This document shows positions 8,357-18,999 of a stretch of 56,823 nucleotides of DNA, one piece after another (positions within the stretch are counted from its first letter, which is position 1; each line of letters begins with the position of its first letter). The stretch is from a virus (lineage: Duplodnaviria > Caudoviricetes). The stretch is from positions 1-56,823 of the IMG/VR virus record IMGVR_UViG_3300046804_004556, one strand, 5' to 3'. Under the pieces are notes generated by a model. That model was given only the letters and a program-made list of their open reading frames with translations. It ran no database searches and was not told the origin of the DNA. Position numbers and translations under genes: made by a program.

Positions 8357-9082
8357 TTACAATCCAACTTTGGATTTACTTGAAATATAATTTTGTAATA
8401 CTTCAGAAGCAGAAAGTGCTTTATTATACATTCTCATGTAATAAAGATCTCCTGTTACGTATCCTCCTGATGATAACATAAAAGTCATTGCGTATGTGTT
8501 ATCTACTGAATTTGTGCCTATGAAGGTTTTTGTCTGACTTTGTTGAAGAACTCCATTTATGTATCTTTTTCCTGTCGTAACTGCTCCATTCTTTTCAATA
8601 ACATATGTCATGTTTAAAAAAGATCCTATGAAAGAATACGTAAGAGATATTATATTGTCTCGATTTCCAGTTGGTGTTGTACCATTGTCGTCTTGAACAT
8701 AGAATTCGCTAGCGGATACTCTATCGCAAATACCTGGATGCCCTCCCTGGCCGATGTTGCTCGATTGATCTCTTTTCATTAATATGGAAGAATATGCTGC
8801 AGCAGCAACTACATTTACTGTATAATCTATAGTAAAACCCTTGGTTCCAAAATTACCTAATGTGTTGTTTACACATTGAGCATACTGATTTGTTCCATTG
8901 AAGCTTAGACGTTTTCCGTTATGGGTTGGAGAATTAAACAACGTGAAGTGATTGGCATTTTTAGTGAGATCATACCACCTATTTCCAGTTCCTGGATAAC
9001 TATTCGAATTATTCGCGTCTAAATACAACACTAAAGAATCTCTAACAATTCCATTTGGTCCTTCTACTGTACTTCTTGCCAT
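8357..9082 (-). CDS. LamG/concanavalin A-like lectin domain virion protein
   Basis: N-terminal LVLYLDA.N..SYPG.G..W.DL and C-terminal R.YN.ALS..EV.QNY. Confidence 0.8.
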   Translation of the reverse strand: MARSTVEGPNGIVRDSLVLYLDANNSNSYPGTGNRWYDLTKNANHFTLFNSPTHNGKRLSFNGTNQYAQCVNNTLGNFGTKGFTIDYTVNVVAAAAYSSILMKRDQSSNIGQGGHPGICDRVSASEFYVQDDNGTTPTGNRDNIISLTYSFIGSFLNMTYVIEKNGAVTTGKRYINGVLQQSQTKTFIGTNSVDNTYAMTFMLSSGGYVTGDLYYMRMYNKALSASEVLQNYISSKSKVGL

Positions 9083-9105
9083 GTTTTTAATTTTTTAATA
9101 TCCCA

Positions 9106-10188
9106 TTAAACTTCGTGCACTGTTACTGTATTATTCAATTGCAAAGTTTCTATATCTCCATCTGGTATGCCTGCGCCTTGAGCATTCATTAATGCGGTTG
9201 GTACGGTTAAAGAAATTGTTTGTAAGTTTATGTTGTTGAAAACTGCATCATCGTATATGTCTCCTCCAAGATCCGTACAAGCCGGTAACGATATTGTTGA
9301 GAGACTCGAACACGTATCGAAACATTCGTATCCTATTGTAGTGGCACTAGGAAGAGATATGGTCGATAGATTAATGCATCCGTAAAAAGCATAAATATCA
9401 ACAAGTATTGCGGCTGGTAAAGATACATTTATTAGAGAACCACAATTATAAAACGCGTTAACACCTACTGTAGTTATTATAGGTAAAGATATAGTTTCAA
9501 GATAATATGACGATTCGAAAGCATTGACGCCCATTGAAGTTAGAGAAGGCAACGATATAGTTGTCGCTTGACAGTAATTAAAACAATAATCTCCAATAGA
9601 AGAAAGTACTGGGAAGTTTGGATTGTCGATTGCAGAACCTGCGAAACAGTTTGCGCCCGCTGTAAGTAGATTTGGAAAATCAACGTATCCAAATACGTAT
9701 GTGCTATCAAAACAAGAGGTACCTGCATGCTGTAGCGAAGGCAAAATTATAGACGTTATATTTATACAATTACTGAATGCTCCTTGATTCGCTATAATAA
9801 GAGCAGGCATGTTTACTGTAATTATGGCAGAACTATCAAACGCAAAATTTCCAGCTACTTCTACTTTTTCCATGTATATATCTGTTATTCCTGACTGAGA
9901 AAAACAACCAGTGCCCAAAGACGTTACACAACCCGTATCGTTCACTTGATACAAGTCTATATTATATGCAAACAAATTGTCTGCGATTACGATATCACTA
10001 CCTCCTTTAAGATAAACCGCGTTTCCCATCACTTCAACCGAAGTGAATGGCGTTCCATTAGTGGGTAAATCAAAATAGGTATTCCAATCTGATAAGCTGT
10101 TTGGATTTGCTACTGGAATAGATGATATACTATACCAGTAAAGTGTCAACGTTGGTATTGGTGGTAATGGTCCTATTCTGCCTGCCAT
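9106..10188 (-). CDS. BspA-type (LRR_5) leucine-rich repeat protein
   Basis: About 10 repeats of L..ISLP....IG..AF..C. Confidence 0.8.
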   Translation of the reverse strand: MAGRIGPLPPIPTLTLYWYSISSIPVANPNSLSDWNTYFDLPTNGTPFTSVEVMGNAVYLKGGSDIVIADNLFAYNIDLYQVNDTGCVTSLGTGCFSQSGITDIYMEKVEVAGNFAFDSSAIITVNMPALIIANQGAFSNCINITSIILPSLQHAGTSCFDSTYVFGYVDFPNLLTAGANCFAGSAIDNPNFPVLSSIGDYCFNYCQATTISLPSLTSMGVNAFESSYYLETISLPIITTVGVNAFYNCGSLINVSLPAAILVDIYAFYGCINLSTISLPSATTIGYECFDTCSSLSTISLPACTDLGGDIYDDAVFNNINLQTISLTVPTALMNAQGAGIPDGDIETLQLNNTVTVHEV

Positions 10189-10191
10189 ATA

Positions 10192-10974
10192 TTAAAAATT
10201 AAAACGTGCTTTTTGTGCGTTATAGTTTCGCGATATTTCCGTTGATGATAACACTCTGTTATATACTCTAATAAGGTATAAGCTACCGCTTGCATAATAT
10301 GAATTTCCGGCTGCTTTCATAATATTTAATGGGTATACTGTATTAGATATATTACTATCTCCAAGTAACTGTCCGCTAGTCAAGAATCTAGTAGGTCCCA
10401 TATCATATGTTATAGTTGTAGTCAAAGATCCAGTTTTATAAAGTTTACCAGTTACTGTATCTACGTTAGATGGTCCTCTTTGAATAGTATAAGCTTGATA
10501 TGTTATTTGATCTTTTAGCGGCATATTCTTGGTATCAGCTCCAAACTGTTCTAAATTGCTATTTGCTCTATAACCATTATCTTGAAAATATGTTTGGTTG
10601 ACTATTCCCAAACTATATCCAGCTGCATTGTTTGAACCAACAGAGTGATATGCTCCAACATTATTACTCATTACGGCAGAAAATGATCCGTTTGCTGATG
10701 GAAAGTTTGCAACGTATTCTATTGTAAAATCGCTCTTATTAAAATCTCCAAAAGTACTACTATTACTAGCGCCGTATTGATTTACTACTCCATCGAGATT
10801 GAACCTCAACGATGAGTTTCTATAAGTAGGAGAGTTATATAAAGTGAAGCTATTACCATACATTGACAGATCTCTCCAAGTATTTCCGCTGCCTGGATAT
10901 GAGATTGGGTTTCCAGCATCAAGATATAGAATTAAACCATCTGTTACTATTGAATTTCCAAAACTAAATGCCAT
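10192..10974 (-). CDS. LamG/concanavalin A-like lectin domain virion protein (paralog of 8357..9082)
   Basis: IVTDGLILYLDAGN..SYPGSG..W.DLS ... RVYNRVLS..EI..NYNA.K.RF. Confidence 0.8.
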   Translation of the reverse strand: MAFSFGNSIVTDGLILYLDAGNPISYPGSGNTWRDLSMYGNSFTLYNSPTYRNSSLRFNLDGVVNQYGASNSSTFGDFNKSDFTIEYVANFPSANGSFSAVMSNNVGAYHSVGSNNAAGYSLGIVNQTYFQDNGYRANSNLEQFGADTKNMPLKDQITYQAYTIQRGPSNVDTVTGKLYKTGSLTTTITYDMGPTRFLTSGQLLGDSNISNTVYPLNIMKAAGNSYYASGSLYLIRVYNRVLSSTEISRNYNAQKARFNF

Positions 10975-10975
10975 G

Positions 10976-13900
10976 TTATATTGCTCTTATTATTGTTTTA
11001 AATGTCCAACCTGATGATACTGCTGATCCGGATATTGCAAAGTTGCCACCAATTATTCCTCCCACTACAGTAATATTTGCTGCAGCTAAGAAATCTCCTC
11101 CATTGTTCACTGAAACATCAACTAAACTTCCACTCCAAACCGCTGTTCCAGTAACTGAACCTCTTTTTGTTCCTGACGAAGCAAATAATTCGTAAGCCAT
11201 CATATCATAGGATGCTGTTGGCAAACTATATAAAACAGTCTGTGTTGTTCCTACCGTTACTTTAGATGTGGCATTTAAAACTGGTGCTAGATAGTTACCC
11301 ATCTTTACAGTCTGATCGGAATTAACTTCTAGTATTGGTAAACCTGAAATATCATTCACGGAAAATAGAGAACCAGTTAAACTATCAGTAACACTAAACA
11401 ACTCTCCTTGAGATCCTTGTACCGTAAACAACGGATTCAAAGATCCAGAACCCACCACTCTCATTACTCTGTCTCCAGAACCACTCACATCCAAATTATG
11501 GGTAGGAGAAAAAGTATTGATTCCTATCAAACCGTTTCCTACAGGAGTGGATATAACCGAATTTATATCGTCCGAAAAATACGATCCTGATCCAAACAAT
11601 ATACCACCTATGTTTATACAATTTTTTGCAAGCGGAGGAAGAGCTATTGCATTTCCTATTATTATATTATTTTTTCCGTATGCTAAACCTCTTCCAGATA
11701 AATTTCCTATGATTATACTGTAAGGACTATTATTACTATTGCCTACATTATTTCCTATATAAATAGATTGAGAAGCGTTGAGTGAGCCAAATCCTGAATT
11801 AGTTCCAATGAATATAGATCCTGAATTATTTTGAGGATACTCTTGTAGTATTGTACTTCCTGCGCCACGACCAATCATGATTGAATCATTAGCATTATAT
11901 GAATCGGCACCAGCTGAACTACCTATTTTTATAGAATTTACCGATGTGGCGTTGAATCCGTTTGCAGGTATGAAATAAGACATGTATCCTGCACTTGTTC
12001 CAATTGCTATAGAATTGGAAGAGGTAACCACATTAGTACTTGTATCGGCTCCTATTGCGATGGCGCTAGAGGCAGTAGCGTTGTTTAAACCCGCACTATT
12101 GCCAATCATAATTGAATATTGTCCCTCTCCTGTACCGTAAGCAGCTGTATTACCTATAGCGATTGAATTATATGCATTATTTGAATTTTTGCCCGCGTCT
12201 TGTCCAATTACTACAGCTTTGTATATTTTTTTCGAGTTGGCTCCAGCACTATTTCCTATGAAAATAGAATTTCCTCTTATCGCCGTTGAATTCTGATTGG
12301 TGTCTGTTAAATACCCTGCATCTGGTCCTATAAAAATGTTTTCTAAAGATGCAGTAGATTTATATCCCGCTCTGTTTCCTATGAATACAGAGAAGCTTCC
12401 TGTTTTTGACTGCTCAGCGGCTCTATCGCCTATAACGATTGATCCAGTCATCAATTCAGATGCATATCCTGAATTTGTTCCAATGAATATAGAACTTGTT
12501 ACGCTTTTGGCAAGATAGCCTGAAAAATCTCCTATAAAACTGGAACTGTTTGCATTTATTGCATACGACGCAGCTTGATAACCCAATCCGATAATGTTTG
12601 CTGAACCTGTTGTTCTATAAAGCGATCTATAACCTACAGCTATACTGTTTCGAAGATTATCAACTTCATATACTGCTTGATAACCTAGAATAATATTATT
12701 AGAATTAGTTCGTGACCTATATAACGATTGGTATCCAATAGATATGTTAGATCCATTTACCCAATCAGTTGTTGTATATCCAACTTCTCGACCTATCAAT
12801 ATAGATCCAGTTGGTCCAAATCCAGTAGGTGAACCGAGATAACCTTGACCAGCACTAATACCTATCATTATTGACGATTCTAAATTATAAGAATCACGTC
12901 CCGCACCCGTTCCGATCAAGGTTGAATATTTTGCACTCGATCCCGAACCTGCTGCATATCCTATTGCAACTGTATTTGTACCCCCATCGTCAGCTAACAT
13001 TTGTGCTCCAGCAGAATAACCTATGAAGACCGATGCGGGAGCATTTCCTGTTTTGTATCCAGCTCTTTTTCCTATATGCGTAGTTGCAGTGCCTAAAGTC
13101 TGACCAAGTCTTAATGAACTGGCTTCTGTACCTATCGCTATATTTCCGTCCGTGTCCACGTTAGGGCCGCTTCCAGTCATTGCGTTATTTCCTATTGATA
13201 TATAATCTCTAACGTAATTATTGGTTTGTATAGGATAAAATTTAGGATTGTTTCCTATTACTATATTATCTATGAAGCCTTCCACTTCTATACCATAAGT
13301 AGATTCAAAATCTCCTCCATGTATGGATACAAGATTATTACTTCCGGTTACTTTAAACGGATAATTAGATTTGTCTGCCCAACTTGATGTGCCAAATAAA
13401 CTTGCAGTTACTCCGTTTGTCACTATCAAAGATCCACTTATACTTGTAGAACCTGATATTTTTAGGCTTCCTGATATTATTAAAGATCCTGTTATAGATT
13501 GTCTAGTTGTTGCACTACCAGTAATTATCACAGAGGAAGTGTCTAGGTTAGAAGTTCCTCCTCCATTGAGAGCGTACGATGCTGTGACTGCGAATGAAGA
13601 GGACAACGCTAGATTTCCTGCAGAAAATATAGAACCTGTTACGTAAGAAGCAGACGTTGCTGTTCCTAAAATAGATCCTGTGAAACTACTTGCACTAACT
13701 CTAGTCAATACATTTAGAGATCCACTAATAGTTAGAGATGCACTGAGTGCAGCTTGTGGTGTCAGCATTAAATACCTAGCATCAGCAGCTGCTACGTCTA
13801 AAGGACTTATCGGATACCATTGACCAACCGATGATGATACGTAAATGTATACGTCTCCGTTGTTATTAGCATTCGCATCTCCTGATATTACCCAAACGGT

Positions 13901-16819
13901 TCCATCCGCTATTGATGCAGTAACAGCCCCACTGGAAACGTTCACCAGTGATTGAGAGTTTCCTGTTCTTGTGGCTGTCAAACTAGTTGCTATATTTCCA
14001 TCGACTGGAGATATATTATTTACCGTTCTTACATTTGCTGATACTTGATACTGGTTTGAAAATGTATTCGTCACAGTTACACCAGGTCCTGCGGTTACTA
14101 CAGTTGCTGCAGTTCCTCCATTCAATGCGTAAGATGCGGTTATCGCATACGATCCACTAAAAGAATACGAACTACTTATGGAATTAGACGAACTAATTGC
14201 GTAGCTGCTCGATACAGAATAAGAAGATGCTGATGCGTAAGACGCACTAAGCGCGGGATTATTTACTGTGAATATGGATCCCGTCACATAAGAAGCTGTT
14301 ACAGAGTTACTAGACCAACTTGAAGTGCCTGATAATCTACCACTAAAAGAACCTGTAAAAGATCCTGTAGCTGCTACCACTGTTCCGTTAGTCGTAATTC
14401 CGCTTGTACCATTTATAGTACCGTTACTATTGTATTGTAGTTGTTGATCGCTTCCTCCAGCGGCCACTGATGTGGTGGAACCTGATATTTGTATTTGATT
14501 TCCGAAATATGTAATTGTTATACTTCCACTTCCTGTTATATTTACATAGCTAGAAGATAATGCTAACGAAGACGTTGAGGAGAAAGAACTACTTACCGTC
14601 AATGAAGAGCTCAATGAGTAACTAGAAGATACGCTGAACGAACTGCTCATTGCGTAAGAGGCAGTTATTGCGTAAGATGCTGTTGTCGCATAAGACGATG
14701 TAGTTGAATATGATGAGGTTCCGTATAATCCTCCTGAAACGTAAGCTTGACCTTTCGTCAATCCTGTAAAAGATCCAGTAAAAGATCCTGTGGCTATTAG
14801 ATTATCTCCATCAAAAATGGCGATACTGGTTCCAGCTAAAACACCATTGTTATTATATTGCAGCATCTGATTTGTTCCTCCTGGCGAGGTTATCGTTGCC
14901 GATGATGTGTAGAATAATTGACCGCTCGCTGTATTATACAATACAACGTGAGGAACAATAGAACTTGTTTGTAAATTTCTAAAAGCAACAGAGCCAGAAA
15001 CATCAAGAGATGAACTTGGTTTGGTAACATTTATCCCTATTTTACCGTTCGACGGTGATGAGGATGGAGATAGATCAAGTTCATTTGAGAAATAAGATCC
15101 ACTTCCAAATATTATACCTCCTATATTAATTGCGTTCGATGCGTTATCAGGAAGTGTTACATTATTTCCTATTACTATATTGTTTGATCCTATTCCATAT
15201 CCCAATCCGACATTATTCCTACCAGCGTGTAATCCTATCAATATAGAATATGATGCGCTGTGAGCGGCTTGTCCTGCTCGCCATCCCATAAAATTTGAAT
15301 ACGATGCACTTACTGCTGCATAGCCTGATATGCCACCTATGAAGTTTGAGTGATGAGCATAATATGCTAATGGACCTGCTAAATATCCTAAAAATACAGA
15401 ATAAGACGATGTATATGTGGTATCTCCAGCGCTGTTACCAATAAACACCGCTCTATCGGAATTATATGCTTGGAATCCCGCTTGGTATCCTATAAAAACT
15501 GTATTATTAGACGTTGTATCTACCGATGTGGATCTTCCTGCATATCTACCTATTACAACCGAACTATCGATATTATCGTTGCCTGATGCTGCTTCGAATC
15601 CAATTGCTATGGCGTAAGAAGCCGATCCTGCATTTTTACCTGCATCTGTTCCAAAAAATAATGATTGTACTGAAGATGATGCATCTGTTTGATAATCTGG
15701 TCCCGATCTAGGAGATGTAGAGTATAACGTGCTTCCTGTTACTGATATTGGATAAGAGGACGTGATTGAATTTCTTGCCCAACTAGACGTACCGAATAAC
15801 GATGCGGTAACTCCAGTCGATACATTAACAGATCCTGTAATTTTCCACGAACCAGTAGCATTTACTGATCCAGTGATATAGTGTTTATTAGCAATGTCAG
15901 ATCCTAAAGAAACTCCGTCTAATGATAAGAAACTTCCTGTTACCGTCAATACGTGGTTTCTACCGTTTTTAGTGTAAATACCAGCATTAACAGTATTCAT
16001 ACTAACACTCGTATTGTCTGATATTATAGTTAGGTATTTAGGTCTATCTATTGCGCTGAATTGATCTCTAGAAAAATATATTACTGGAGAAAGCAGGTTG
16101 TATCCGTCGTCCAAACCGGGGTATCCTATACCGATGTCGGTGTAAACATACTTAACTCCTCCAACTGTACTATATCCACCTCTGTCTGAATTATCAAACA
16201 TGAATGGAAACGCGGGAACTTTTCCTGCAGTTAACGCATATATATCACTTATCGAACTGTATCCGCCATCAAGAGCTGGTCCTATTCCAGCGTAAGGTCC
16301 TGTTCCGACATAGGTATCAGAGAACATCGATCCTGTAACTGATACTTTTCCTTTGACAATTAAGCTGCTAGAAATAGCTAAGCTTCCCGTAATTGATTGG
16401 TAAGCTATTGCCGATCCTGTTGTAATTACTGATCCAGACAAATTTCCTGTTGATACAGATAAATTTGATAGACTAGCAGAGATGGATGATGATAAGCTAG
16501 TTATCGACGTAGATACAGAAGAAGATAGACTTGATATGCTACTAGAAACTGAGGATGAGAGAGACGTTATTGATGTAGATACCGAAGAAGATAGACTTGA
16601 TATACTACTCGAAACAGAAGAAGATAGATTTGTTATCGTTGTCGCTGTTGATGACGATATACTATTTATCCTGGTATTTATCGAAGAAGACGTCGACGTT
16701 AGTGTTGTGACTATCGACGATGATACCGATGTTATTCTTCCATCTAAGTAAACAAAATTGTTATCTAATTCTGTATAGAGAAGAGCAGAACCCTTATCAT
16801 TTCTCAATATTAATGCCAT
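10976..16819 (-). CDS. 1947-aa Ser/Thr/Gly-rich tail-fibre/adhesin-like protein with two YadA-head-like beta-roll blocks
   Basis: N-terminal LR..KGS.L...ELD.NF; repeated (N/S)xxIGxxAG units; IGIN...P...LDVSGS; TGS/SSYA repeats. Confidence 0.75.
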   Translation of the reverse strand: MALILRNDKGSALLYTELDNNFVYLDGRITSVSSSIVTTLTSTSSSINTRINSISSSTATTITNLSSSVSSSISSLSSSVSTSITSLSSSVSSSISSLSSSVSTSITSLSSSISASLSNLSVSTGNLSGSVITTGSAIAYQSITGSLAISSSLIVKGKVSVTGSMFSDTYVGTGPYAGIGPALDGGYSSISDIYALTAGKVPAFPFMFDNSDRGGYSTVGGVKYVYTDIGIGYPGLDDGYNLLSPVIYFSRDQFSAIDRPKYLTIISDNTSVSMNTVNAGIYTKNGRNHVLTVTGSFLSLDGVSLGSDIANKHYITGSVNATGSWKITGSVNVSTGVTASLFGTSSWARNSITSSYPISVTGSTLYSTSPRSGPDYQTDASSSVQSLFFGTDAGKNAGSASYAIAIGFEAASGNDNIDSSVVIGRYAGRSTSVDTTSNNTVFIGYQAGFQAYNSDRAVFIGNSAGDTTYTSSYSVFLGYLAGPLAYYAHHSNFIGGISGYAAVSASYSNFMGWRAGQAAHSASYSILIGLHAGRNNVGLGYGIGSNNIVIGNNVTLPDNASNAINIGGIIFGSGSYFSNELDLSPSSSPSNGKIGINVTKPSSSLDVSGSVAFRNLQTSSIVPHVVLYNTASGQLFYTSSATITSPGGTNQMLQYNNNGVLAGTSIAIFDGDNLIATGSFTGSFTGLTKGQAYVSGGLYGTSSYSTTSSYATTASYAITASYAMSSSFSVSSSYSLSSSLTVSSSFSSTSSLALSSSYVNITGSGSITITYFGNQIQISGSTTSVAAGGSDQQLQYNSNGTINGTSGITTNGTVVAATGSFTGSFSGRLSGTSSWSSNSVTASYVTGSIFTVNNPALSASYASASSYSVSSSYAISSSNSISSSYSFSGSYAITASYALNGGTAATVVTAGPGVTVTNTFSNQYQVSANVRTVNNISPVDGNIATSLTATRTGNSQSLVNVSSGAVTASIADGTVWVISGDANANNNGDVYIYVSSSVGQWYPISPLDVAAADARYLMLTPQAALSASLTISGSLNVLTRVSASSFTGSILGTATSASYVTGSIFSAGNLALSSSFAVTASYALNGGGTSNLDTSSVIITGSATTRQSITGSLIISGSLKISGSTSISGSLIVTNGVTASLFGTSSWADKSNYPFKVTGSNNLVSIHGGDFESTYGIEVEGFIDNIVIGNNPKFYPIQTNNYVRDYISIGNNAMTGSGPNVDTDGNIAIGTEASSLRLGQTLGTATTHIGKRAGYKTGNAPASVFIGYSAGAQMLADDGGTNTVAIGYAAGSGSSAKYSTLIGTGAGRDSYNLESSIMIGISAGQGYLGSPTGFGPTGSILIGREVGYTTTDWVNGSNISIGYQSLYRSRTNSNNIILGYQAVYEVDNLRNSIAVGYRSLYRTTGSANIIGLGYQAASYAINANSSSFIGDFSGYLAKSVTSSIFIGTNSGYASELMTGSIVIGDRAAEQSKTGSFSVFIGNRAGYKSTASLENIFIGPDAGYLTDTNQNSTAIRGNSIFIGNSAGANSKKIYKAVVIGQDAGKNSNNAYNSIAIGNTAAYGTGEGQYSIMIGNSAGLNNATASSAIAIGADTSTNVVTSSNSIAIGTSAGYMSYFIPANGFNATSVNSIKIGSSAGADSYNANDSIMIGRGAGSTILQEYPQNNSGSIFIGTNSGFGSLNASQSIYIGNNVGNSNNSPYSIIIGNLSGRGLAYGKNNIIIGNAIALPPLAKNCINIGGILFGSGSYFSDDINSVISTPVGNGLIGINTFSPTHNLDVSGSGDRVMRVVGSGSLNPLFTVQGSQGELFSVTDSLTGSLFSVNDISGLPILEVNSDQTVKMGNYLAPVLNATSKVTVGTTQTVLYSLPTASYDMMAYELFASSGTKRGSVTGTAVWSGSLVDVSVNNGGDFLAAANITVVGGIIGGNFAISGSAVSSGWTFKTIIRAI
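16480..16700 (-). repeat. 33-bp-period coding repeat (11-aa SSSVSxSIxSL units)
   Basis: LSSSVSSSISS/LSSSVSTSITS repeated in the fibre N-terminus; DNA GAAGAAGATAGACTTGATAT recurs. Confidence 0.8.
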
Positions 16820-16860
16820 CTGTAGTCTTTACAAATAAATATTGAGATTATGACATTATA

Positions 16861-17199
16861 CTAGAATGAATTATTGTTTTTCAAATACTCTTTACCATCT
16901 TCAGTTATTGAGTAAACAATATCACCGTCTTTATTTATGCCAGTTTGTACCAAATCTAAATCAACAAGTTTATTAATCATGTCTTGTGTTTGTTGATGAG
17001 AGGCTTTTTGCCAAGCCATTTCTAATTCGTCATCGTATAACGTATAATTCTCCCTATCGCCTGTCAAATAATCTGTCCATGCATCTTCTGCAATTAATAA
17101 TAAGCTGTCGGTCAAATATTTTTTAAATTGATCGTCTACTTCTGGAGGAACTAGATCAACTATATCGGTTACGTATTCTTTATAAGATGAATATACCAT
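16861..17199 (-). CDS. Hypothetical protein with C-terminal winged-helix-like motif
   Basis: L..LVDLDLV...... Y.ITEDG.EYL. Confidence 0.55.
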   Translation of the reverse strand: MVYSSYKEYVTDIVDLVPPEVDDQFKKYLTDSLLLIAEDAWTDYLTGDRENYTLYDDELEMAWQKASHQQTQDMINKLVDLDLVQTGINKDGDIVYSITEDGKEYLKNNNSF

Positions 17200-17200
17200 A

Positions 17201-17455
17201 TTAACTGTTTGTGAATAGGTTTTTTAACTGTTGTTTACTTGTCATGCCTGTGTGTCTAAATTTAATAGTGCCAAGAGAGTCCACACCAATGAGGGTGGGA
17301 ACACTACTCACTTGCATAGAAGTAGCCTGTGCCCTCGATTGATCTACGTCAATAAAGTCGATAGGTACGCCTGTCTCTGCTGAGACTTGTTGAGCGATGG
17401 GCTTCAATGCTTTGCAAGGAGCGCACCACGTAGCTGTGAAATACATTACTTTCAT
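17201..17455 (-). CDS. trxA: Thioredoxin
   Basis: YF.A.WCAPCK, IDVD, V.SVPTL. Confidence 0.85.
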   Translation of the reverse strand: MKVMYFTATWCAPCKALKPIAQQVSAETGVPIDFIDVDQSRAQATSMQVSSVPTLIGVDSLGTIKFRHTGMTSKQQLKNLFTNS

Positions 17456-17912
17456 ATTGTTTTTTTTATATTATAAAAAACTTCTCGATAATATGAAAGA
17501 TTATCTTACCAGTTTATTTTTTCTTCTTCTCTTCGTTCTTAACGTTCTTTTCTTTCTGTTTGCTCTTATCGTCTGATTCTTTTTTGTAAAGTTCAGCGAG
17601 TTGAGAGAAAGAGTTGAGAACGTAAAAGCCTTTCTTGTCTTTTTTCAACATTCGTCATTTTTTGGTTAAAGATAATCCCATATTGAGGGAAGTTATAATG
17701 TGTAATTTATTGATTATCAATCTAGTGTAAGTCATTGAAAACCAACGATTTGCCTGATTGCATTGCATGATATTGGAGCTTATTGGATTAGCCATTTTTG
17801 TTCGCCTTTGTTTGCCTATTGGGTAGGCCAGTTTTGTTGAGACTGGCAGCGTGGGGACTGCTGGTATTTTTGTTTTTGATTATATCCATATGAGATTGCT
17901 TACTAATTACTA

Positions 17913-18500
17913 TTAATCCCACCAACATTCTATTTTTGTCTTTAAAATTTCGAAGATCAGATTTTTACACCGATCGTGATTGTATTTTCCCACATGAAAC
18001 GCGAGAGTTTCTTTATCTGATAGATTTGTTTTTTTATTCAATCTTTTTACCGCTCTAACTGCTGAAGGATATTTCTTAAGATAGTTGTCTAAATCCTCTC
18101 TTTTCGTTTCTTTCACCATTTCGTATTGATCTTTTCCGTGATGAGTTGGTACAAACTTTATTTCTGAATCTAGGTAATCGTACATTTCGGTTTCGTAGTA
18201 GCACTCTTTCTGCCTCTCTATTAAATTTAAAACAACTGTCATCCAATAATTGTCTTCATCAATTCTAGTGTGTCTATTCGCGTTTACTAAATAAGCTCTT
18301 TGCATCTCTATCTTTTTTTGCAACACTTTAAATATATAGTAATCGTCCCAGTTTTTATCTTTATAAATAGTAGGAATCCACGATAATAAGTTTTTTATAC
18401 CTTCTACGAAATATACAATTCTCCAATGAAAAAACCTACGCCATGTTTTTCTACCAAATGCAGAATCATGTGGCAGCTTTAATTTAGTATAAACCTTCAT
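17913..18500 (-). CDS. Hypothetical phage protein
   Basis: ORF track; W.P.I.KD..WD...WWD pattern. Confidence 0.65.
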   Translation of the reverse strand: MKVYTKLKLPHDSAFGRKTWRRFFHWRIVYFVEGIKNLLSWIPTIYKDKNWDDYYIFKVLQKKIEMQRAYLVNANRHTRIDEDNYWMTVVLNLIERQKECYYETEMYDYLDSEIKFVPTHHGKDQYEMVKETKREDLDNYLKKYPSAVRAVKRLNKKTNLSDKETLAFHVGKYNHDRCKNLIFEILKTKIECWWD

Positions 18501-18606
18501 TTTATTTTATTTTATTTCCATTAGTAAAAAACCATCCAAATTCCTTATTGAACCATGATTCGAATGATTTTATTAAATTTATAATCTTATTCATGAATGC
18601 AATATA

Positions 18607-18954
18607 TTAATTTTTCCAAAAGAGTTGGATTAATACTATTGATAATCCTAAAATTAAACAAGTTATTGTTTTAAGTGTGAGAGGTTCCTTGAATAGAAGT
18701 TCAGACATGATGGTAAATATTATAACACCGATGCCGAATCCTATCAATCTTGATGGCCATATCTCGCCGTTAAACGCGAATACGAAATTTTTTACAGATA
18801 ACATGAATAGATACGAGATGGGTATTCCCATCAGTAATGTAAACCACGTATTTGTTTTTAGAAAATCGTATTTGAGTTGACCTTGTAGTTGTAAGAATGT
18901 TATTATTTGGGCTAATACACCAAAAAGTATTCCGTATAATATTCGTATTGACAT
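18607..18954 (-). CDS. Four-TM small membrane protein, SMR/DMT-like
   Basis: 115 aa, four hydrophobic helices, C-terminal F.EP.T.K....L.L. Confidence 0.55.
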   Translation of the reverse strand: MSIRILYGILFGVLAQIITFLQLQGQLKYDFLKTNTWFTLLMGIPISYLFMLSVKNFVFAFNGEIWPSRLIGFGIGVIIFTIMSELLFKEPLTLKTITCLILGLSIVLIQLFWKN

Positions 18955-18999
18955 AACTTTTTTTTAAAGTGTGAATTCCTCTTTTCGAGGGACTCATAA

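Noticed and set aside
16482-16751. Plus-strand ORF with DTEEDR repeats
   Set aside because: Antisense shadow of the Ser-rich 11-aa repeat in the fibre gene.
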